Assembly: GCF_006345805.1 (NCBI RefSeq)
Contig: NC_043015.1
Coordinates: forward strand, 4,650,001 to 4,714,000
From: Octopus sinensis
Taxonomy: Eukaryota
Reading direction: 5' to 3'
Length of the DNA stretch: 64,000 bases
This document shows, one piece after another, positions 56,321 through 64,000 of this stretch. The notes under the pieces were generated by a model, which made no database searches, was not told where the DNA came from, and saw only the letters and a list, made by a program, of their open reading frames with translations. The position numbers were made by a program, and so were the translations under genes. Positions within the stretch are counted from its first letter, which is position 1, and the number at the start of each line of letters is the position of its first letter.

Positions 56321-56631
56321 ATATATTGTGCGGATAAACAAATTAAATGTATTAAATATAGCACCTTGGGTTTCGTCACAATATACTGGCCTTAATGAGC
56401 AAGAAACAAGGCGCTGTTACAAATTTAGAAAAGATCTTATATTTCATATCCTAATGCAAAGAAGATCATTGGGGTAATCACACCAGAGAGTATTAGATGG
56501 AGCAAGTAGAAGGGTCTGTTTGGTTAAGACAGGAATGATGATTGTTGTGTGACTTAAAATGCCTTACTTCATCCTATTTAATTTTCTCTATCGTTTATAC
56601 TTCGTCTAAGCTGGATCTGTTTATATATATA

Positions 56632-57080
56632 TATGTATATAATTTCAACAAACATTGAGGAACGGCCCCGATAGGCCATTCGACCAACTAGAAAGAGCAG
56701 CCAAGACTCAAACCACTAAATAGTAGTAATTCAGAAATTAATGGAAAATTAAAAAACATTTACCGTATTTATCTTTAGACAATGCATTGTTTCGACGTTC
56801 TTTATGGCAAACCAGCCTAATTAAATTAGTTTGCCATAAAGAATTGGTTTGCCATAAAGAATTGGTTTGCCATAAAGAATTGGTTTGCCATAAAGAATTG
56901 GTTTGCCATAAAGAACGTCGAAACAATGCATTGTCTAAAGATAAATAGGGTAAATGTTTTTTAATTTTCCTTTAATTTCAGAATTACTACTATTTAGCGG
57001 TTTGAGTCTTGGCTGCTCTTTCTAGTGGGTCGAATGGCCTATCGGGGCCGTTCCTCAATGTTGTTGAAATTATATACATA
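56632..57080. mobile_element. Head-to-head palindromic element with truncated hammerhead 3' half
   Basis: Arms 56632-56814 and ~56899-57080 are reverse complements with about 6 differences. Right arm contains CGTC-GAAA-CAA TGCA TTG-T-C (56916-56935). No CTGANGA is present. Confidence 0.85.
56829..56915 (+). repeat. 18-nt unit TGGTTTGCCATAAAGAAT x5 (first copy partial) at the palindrome apex
   Basis: Direct inspection; gives the QTNSLW repeat in the ORF track. Confidence 0.97.
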
Positions 57081-57614
57081 GTCTGTGACTATCTTCTCTT
57101 TCTCACTAGACCGCTGGTGGCAAAAATATTTCTATTGAAATATTTACTACCCTTATATTGATATATATGTATATATATATATATATATAACTTATTTATT
57201 TATTTATACTAAAATATTTATCGGCTGAAAGTCTCCACTCTGCTTTTTCTTGTCTTGCAAGTATACATATATATTCTGTTCGTGTTTCAAACACAATCCG
57301 TTATAGTTAATACATTCAATGTGTTTATCCACATAATTGCCTCCACTTTGCTTAACTTCATCCCTCTTTTAGACATCCGTTTACCCCGCGGAATTCATCC
57401 CCTGTAAAGTCGTAGGCGTCTGAGTTAGAATCATTTCAGCGCTAATGTGTCTTCTATGCCGAAAGTCTCTGTATCTCCTCTGTGAATTATATGTGTGGGT
57501 CTGTGTTTGCGTGTACGAGTGTGTGGGTGTGTGCGCGTTCGGGTATGTGTGTGTGCTTTTGTGTGTGTTTTTTTGTGTGTGTGTTTGTGTTCAGTTTTCT
57601 CAATCAAATACACT

Positions 57615-57710
57615 CAGAAGGCTTCGTTCGTACCCGTGGCTATAGGAAAAGATATTTGCCCAAGGGGCCACGCATTTAGTTTCAAAAATGAATGATGTTG
57701 TTGAGAAACA
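57615..57710 (-). mobile_element. SINE family B 5' fragment
   Basis: GGCTATAGGAAAAGATATTTGCCCAAGGGGCCACGCA is the reverse of the CORE-like segment. Confidence 0.65.
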
Positions 57711-58754
57711 AATCACTTATCTCACAGCCAACCCAACACATGCACAGACACACAGGCATAAACACACACATAAACACACACTCACACACACACACACACA
57801 CACACACATACAGGCATGCAGGCAAACAGAGAGAACCATATACACCGCCCTTCTGTGTATCTAATTTTCTTCAAGGATATAATCTGCATTTTGTTTTCAA
57901 TTAGAGTTTAACTTTGTGTTTTCAACCCACTGTTTTCACATTAATATTTTTGCAGTCTTATATAATTTAATTTTATCTATTTTAGGTTTTATTTTCTTAT
58001 ATATTATTATTTGTTATCTGACTTCCTTTCTGTGTCTCTTCATTAGCCAACCATAATCACGTTTCGTTGTTTCTGTTTCTCAAATAACTTCCGTAAAGGA
58101 TCATTCAACTTGTTTAAAATAAGTTGTTTTTAATTTAAAATTGATATTTTCATTGCTTAGATTTTTCATAATTTTATTACAATGGTATTCAAAAATCTTA
58201 TACATTAGTAGCTGGAAGTTACACGTGAATGGACTGACTAATGACTGAAAATCTGACCTTATAGAACCTAAAATTTCAAATTCTAAGCTCTTATTCCTAT
58301 CAGAAATTTATTTAAATAATGTTTATTCATGCATTGCGATATGCTATATTTTTTGTAGTTGGTACAAAAGCGTGACAAAAATGTTTAAAGTTACTTGACC
58401 AGAAACTAACACAGAGTGTTAAGTCATATCCGCATTGCTAATTCGAACCCATTTGAAAAGATAATCTTTACTTCCTTCCGTTAAATATTATTCCTTCTAA
58501 TAAATTTCAGAGTCACTTCTATACACGATTGGAAATACGCCGAAATTATATATCTTATCTTATCTTAATTAGTTTCAGCTCATGAGCTGTGGCCATGCTG
58601 GGGCACCGTCATACACATTTTTATATCTTTAACTGTCTACATAGCTCACAATGAAACTTTGCGATGACGGTGGGAAATCTCTTGATGGCAAACAAATTCA
58701 TGCGTCCTTTCTTTATAGTTGCATTAAGTCGGCATTCTCTATATCGCAAATTGT

Positions 58755-58990
58755 AAAGGCGGTGAGCTGGCAGAAAGGTTAGCACGCCGGGTGAATTGCT
58801 TTGCGGTATTTCGTCCGCTGCTGCGCTCTAAGTCCAAGTTCTGCCGAGGTCGACTTTGCCTTTCATCTATTCGGGGTCGATAAATTAAGTACCAGTTACG
58901 CACTGGGGTCGAAGTAATCAACTTAATTAGTTTGTCTGTCCTTGTTTGTCCCCTCTGTGTTTAGTCCCTTGTGGGTAGTAAAGAAATATA
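58755..58990 (+). mobile_element. SINE family A, full length, 15-bp TSD
   Basis: GGCGGTGAGCTGGCAGAAAGGTTAGCACGCCGGG...GTGGGTAGTAAAGAAATA; TSD TATATCGCAAATTGT at 58740-58754 and 58991-59005. Confidence 0.92.
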
Positions 58991-61172
58991 TATATCGCAA
59001 ATTGTTTGACTGTCAATACCTTCCTTTCCTTGTTTTGCCTCAGCATTATTTGCTGTTTTTTCAATACATTTGATCGACAATAATATTATTGATTTGCTAG
59101 ATTAGTAGAATAAACGAATGCAGTATCTACTATTTGTCATATTTACTATTTATAAGAGGTAGATGCGTAGTGAATACATGCATTACATAAGATCTGAAAT
59201 GACGAAGGAAATGTATACAGGGTTAGCCAAGAGTCACCTAACAGTAGATCAAAACCATTTAATTCCAAGATTTATGTCTAACAACTGAATGAATTTAATA
59301 CAAGTATCTAAATATGAAACAACATGAAAATTGTTCGGAATGAAATTCTTCTTGGGCGACACGTTCTTCCATTCTTGTCGATACAAATGTACAGATAGTA
59401 TTTATAGGAATTTTGATTTACAGTCTGATGACTTTTTGCCAACAATGTACATATATATATTAGAAGTGACTGTATTACACTCACAGTGATTTAAGTCAGC
59501 TACAAATGTCACCATCCGATATCATCACTGATAATATGACGATGTTGAAACTTAATTGTTTAAGATATAATCGCACGGTAAAGAAATTTCGACTGGATAA
59601 TTCTAATAATACGGTCTGAATACTTTCATTTTGTTACATTTTATGGAAAATTCCTTACTAAGTTAGTCTCGGCGTGTGTATACCCCAGAATGAAAAAATC
59701 TTGCAATAAATATGGCATCTCTACTTTTTCACATACTTATGGAATCTGCTTACATATGACTCTAAGATATCAGGTAATATTTGTTTCAAAGATAGACATA
59801 AACCTCACAAAAAGCCCATTGATAGACTTCTCACTTCCGTTGATGGACTTCTCTTAATCGACTCCGATGATCCATAAATGGACTAGTATATAAATTTATA
59901 CACCCCAAATAATGAATGCTACTGCTGACCTTGTCGAGATTTGAGATTGGAACTGAAGAGCGGTCCAAACTTCTAAGGCATCTTCTCCGTTGCTGTGTCG
60001 ATTCTTCAGGTCTACCATCCTGGTTATATGATAATTATAGCAGTACAAACGCTAGAAACACTAGATTTGTTATACAAGTACTTAAGATCACATTAAATAC
60101 ATTTCCTCACTTGAAACTTACTAATGGCGCAAATACCGAAACGATGAAAGACGACATCAGACAAGTAAATACATCTAATCGTAAAGAATATTGGCTGATT
60201 TTCTTATTGTATCTGATATAGAGAGACAGCCAAACATTAGGATGATGCTATAAAGTGTGGAACGCGGAGGGACAAATTCAATTATGTTTTAGATACTCTG
60301 AATAATTTCTACAAATAATTTTGTATGACACAATGATGTTCCTGCAAATTCACGGTCTTTGTCATAAACATAGCACAGGATAGCATATTTCGGCGTGAAA
60401 CGAATCCCGCTCTACGCTGTTAATATATTATAGACAACTAGTTGCATTGATATATAAATTTAATTTTACAGAAGAAAACTAAGATTTCAACAATACGATG
60501 GCACCATCTCTAGAGGGAACACGTAAAACCTACGTGAGATTTGGTAACTTAACGTTGTCACACAACTTTTGGAAGTTTGAAATTGTACAAGACGCAGCTA
60601 CATGTTATTTCCTATACCAAAATGTCCCCTTGTTGTACTTTTTGTTTTAGGAAAAAAGATTTGAACGCTTGCACTTCGTTATATTGAAGAACAATCAAGC
60701 TTAAATTTGTATGCGACTATCTATAGTTGTTGTTACAAGTTTTTACGTCGACATAGCTGCGAAAATGTTGTCTGTTATACTGCATTCTGTTTTTTTTTTT
60801 CATGGAAATATCATAACGTTTTTTGGCTGGCTTTTCTTTCTTTACTATTTTAAATCTTAATATATTATTAACATTTTTTGCGGCAGTTGCTTTGGTTCGT
60901 TCAATATAAACTCACTTGAGAGTTATTCGGAAAAAGAAGCCATTTTTGCGCTAGAGTTAGACGGAAAATAAAATGGAAGTTTTTACAAAAACCAACCTCG
61001 CTGTTTAACCCCTGTAGACTGCAGACATTCTAAAATTTCCAGCAATAACCCTAGTTCAAATAATAATCAAAATGAAAATTAATACCTGCGTTCAACTTGA
61101 AAGTCATTGCTAATTATCGGAGAAATGCTTTTAGCGTCTGCAACTTATAGCAGCGCGTAAATTTAACAACCA

Positions 61173-61186
61173 CAACAACAATAATA

Positions 61187-61256
<70 letters not shown>

Positions 61257-61586
61257 TAATAATGTTTGCGTCTTTTGCATAAGGCCGAATATTTTGGAAG
61301 AGGAGTGAGTCGATTACATCGAATGGACGAATGCTCCGATTTCGAATGGACGAAAGTTTAAATCGGAAACGACGAAATTTTAATGTGAGAGTGCCGGAAC
61401 ACCATTGATCATATTGTCTATCATGTTAAAGGTTCTATGAGTCCGTTGCTTTAATAATAATAAAAAACGATAGTATTAATAATAACAACTAAGATGATGA
61501 TGATGATGATGATGATGACGATGATGATGATGATGATGATGATGATGATAATAATAATAATAATAATAATAATAGTAATAATAATC
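61173..61586. repeat. (AAT)n (61173-61262) and (GAT)n/(AAT)n (61494-61586) microsatellites
   Basis: Direct inspection; a decayed SINE fragment lies between them. Confidence 0.93.
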
Positions 61587-61955
61587 TGCATGGTACCCCT
61601 GAACTTGGCAGTCAGGAAAATGTACACGGTATAGCAACTAAATGAAAATTCTCAATCAACCACCTTCTCTTCATTATTTAAAACTGTATGGCAAAGAGAA
61701 GACATAGATGAGTTCCTTGGTGAACACGGTCCGTTGTATCAGTTATGATATTATAATGGAATTTGGATTCCAGAAATGCGGGGCAATCTGCCTAAAAATA
61801 GGGAGGGTACATTCTCTAACGGGGATAGAATTACCGAATATAGACTTCCTTATTCAAATTGAAACGAAAGGATACATATACCTGGGTGTTCTAGAGTGTA
61901 GTAAGATAATGGAAAACGGAATCGAAGAGAGACTGAGGATGAAGTATTTCTGAAC
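61587..61955 (+). pseudogene. R4/Dong-type non-LTR retrotransposon RT fragment
   Basis: CMVPLNL...SLVNTVRCISYDIIMEFGFQKCGAI...GIELP...GYIYLGVLE..I...EERLRMKYF, matching the pattern SLI.TV..FS.DIGM.FG..KCA...GI.LP...YKYLG.LE. Confidence 0.8.
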
Positions 61956-63444
61956 TGTTTTGCTACCGTTTGTCTATGTTCTTTGAATTTTTATCGATCG
62001 GTTTCTACTAAGATAGAAATGCAAGTAAAATATAATAATAGAGAAACGAAAATAAAACTTTGGAAACAGCAACGCCGCCATAACGTACGCGTAGACCATG
62101 AGCGTTATTTCAAGGGAGATGATCTGAGAAAAAATTGAAAGTCAACGTTAGATCGTATTACTTTATGTAAAGTAAAGCAAATATAACAAATAATCCATAA
62201 CTCTTCCCTGATACCAGATCGATTCCAAAGTCTAATCAGTTCGTGCCAGTCATGAGGCAAAACGTCCCTGAAAGTTTCATCTGAATCCATTCAGTGGCTA
62301 TGGAGATATCTTGTCCACAGTCTGAACAAACACGACTGAAAACACCTCCGCCTTCGCTAAGGTGGGTGTAATAATAATATTAAATCAATGACAATACAAT
62401 GCTACCGAAGGACAATAAATAGAATGGAAAACTACAGAAAAAATAAAATAACAAGCCAATTATATTTTAAAAAAATATGAAAGATTTGAAAAATAATACA
62501 TACGTTTGGAAAATCCCAGCTATTCTATGAAGAAAACAAGTTGTCACAGATCTGAGATCCTTGTACAAAAGTATTGATAAAAATTAAACAGTGCTCAAAG
62601 CAGTACCAGAAAAAAGAGTACCAAAGGACATATTGGAAGGAATATTGACTGAGTCTCGGAAATGACTTAACAGAGCACTTGATACATTACTTCAAAGCTC
62701 TTACTCGTGGTAGACGCCAGAACACGTTAGAAGTGGTTCAAGTTAGTTTGCACAAATTTTAAGCTTTAAATATTTTCTTGATAACTCAAAATAAAATGCA
62801 TTCAAAGAACGTTACTGATCAGTTTGATGGCAAGAGTATATCAGTCTTTATTTTCTCGAAGACATTAAGTAGATGGTATAATATAAGATGTGGAGAGGAC
62901 TATATGATGCCCTATAAAATTTAATATTTTTCCACATACAATCTGATTGTCCTGTTACTGATTACAGATTGGAATGTGTAATCAACAAATTATTCTATCT
63001 ACGAACTACAGTCCTTCGCTCGTTCAAAGAATTACACCATCCAACACCTCAGTCTGTTTTGTGATTTTTCTTTTCCTTTCAGGCAGTTGTTCAAGCATTG
63101 AACAACAGGAAGCATTTATTGATTGGTTGAAGATTATCTACATCTAAATGTGGTCATGTAACTTCTCGGCGAAATACGAATTACCTCGGTTTGTCTATAT
63201 ACTACATTTATAATTTGTGAAATTTTATCCCGTTTGAAAATCTTTCGTATTGAAAATGTGTCTCCGAAGAGATAAACATCATTGTATAACTTTGTCTTTG
63301 TGTGCATTATCTGCAGCCAATGATTTAATTATGGCTTTGCTCTAACGCAGCAAACATCATTTACTAAGATAGGTGAGTAAGAAAGCCCAAATGTGATATG
63401 TAAATTAATTTCGTAGAAAAACGAAAGAAGTGATTTATGCTGCG

Positions 63445-63484
<40 letters not shown>

Positions 63485-64000
63485 CATAGTATTTCTTGTT
63501 GATTTGGTGATTTGTTATGTTGCCAATTTACTAAATGTATTGAATCAATTAAGTCATCTAAATTACGGAAACGTTTTTCAAACAGCGAATGAGAGCCTAC
63601 TCTCTCGAGCAATCAGTTAAAATTAGCCATGAGATCTTCACACTATTGACCTAAAATGACACGTTAGACAACTCCTGCCTAAAAAATAAAAATAAGTTTA
63701 AGGTCTGAAAATTTATCAAAAAGTAATATACTCAAACAGAGTTGATCTGGCATAAATCAAAGTTAAAATCAAAAGTATGAAACGTATCGGCGCCATCGAC
63801 GACACGAGAGATATGTTTCACAATTCACATTTGCTAATATTTCAAAGTGAAATACAGGAATGAAAATAGGATTTCGAAATGAATAACATATATTATAAAA
63901 GGACATATGGTTCGGAAACCTGAAGCTCTTGTCACTGCAGCACATTGTTATAACTTGAATGAAGTTTGAAGTAGATGAAAGCGTCGAATGGGAAAGAAAC

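Noticed and set aside
56829-56915. 18-nt direct repeats or the 40-bp minisatellite as a CRISPR array
   Set aside because: The units are contiguous with no unique spacers, there are no cas genes, and the context is eukaryotic.
59200-59480. YTGL...NH...SKY peptide followed by CTGATGA (59425-59431), suggesting another PLE end
   Set aside because: Similarity is too weak by eye, and there is no GAAA or stem II.

Overview
AT-rich eukaryotic DNA saturated with microsatellites. The SINE families, mariner type and repeat landscape suggest an octopus genome; this is inferred from recognised repeat families, not from a search. I find no intact host protein-coding gene; nearly all ORFs in the track are translations of simple repeats. 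Identifiable content is mobile DNA: four tRNA-derived SINE families, a full-length decayed mariner (11984-13198), a maT/DD37D-like Tc1-mariner remnant, a Helitron helicase fragment, RTE, CR1 and R4/Dong LINE fragments, and two decayed Penelope-like element (PLE) GIY-YIG regions. The main result is a set of non-coding elements carrying type I hammerhead ribozyme (HHR) motifs. These include a ~505-bp unit in 3 tandem copies plus an inverted copy (54209-56214, retrozyme-like) and a near-perfect 169-bp-arm palindrome with an HHR in each arm (47897-48238). A third palindrome has an 18-nt unit reiterated 5 times at its apex (56632-57080). A dispersed short family has an extra-A minimal HHR (4 copies), and an old Neptune-type PLE has the same head-to-head layout (30430-32035). 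Most of these abut (TA)n tracts, which suggests a PLE-driven, microsatellite-targeted, fold-back insertion system. Scattered single-base indels in (TA)n runs and between tandem copies suggest long-read consensus errors, so base-level differences and the palindromes need read-level confirmation.
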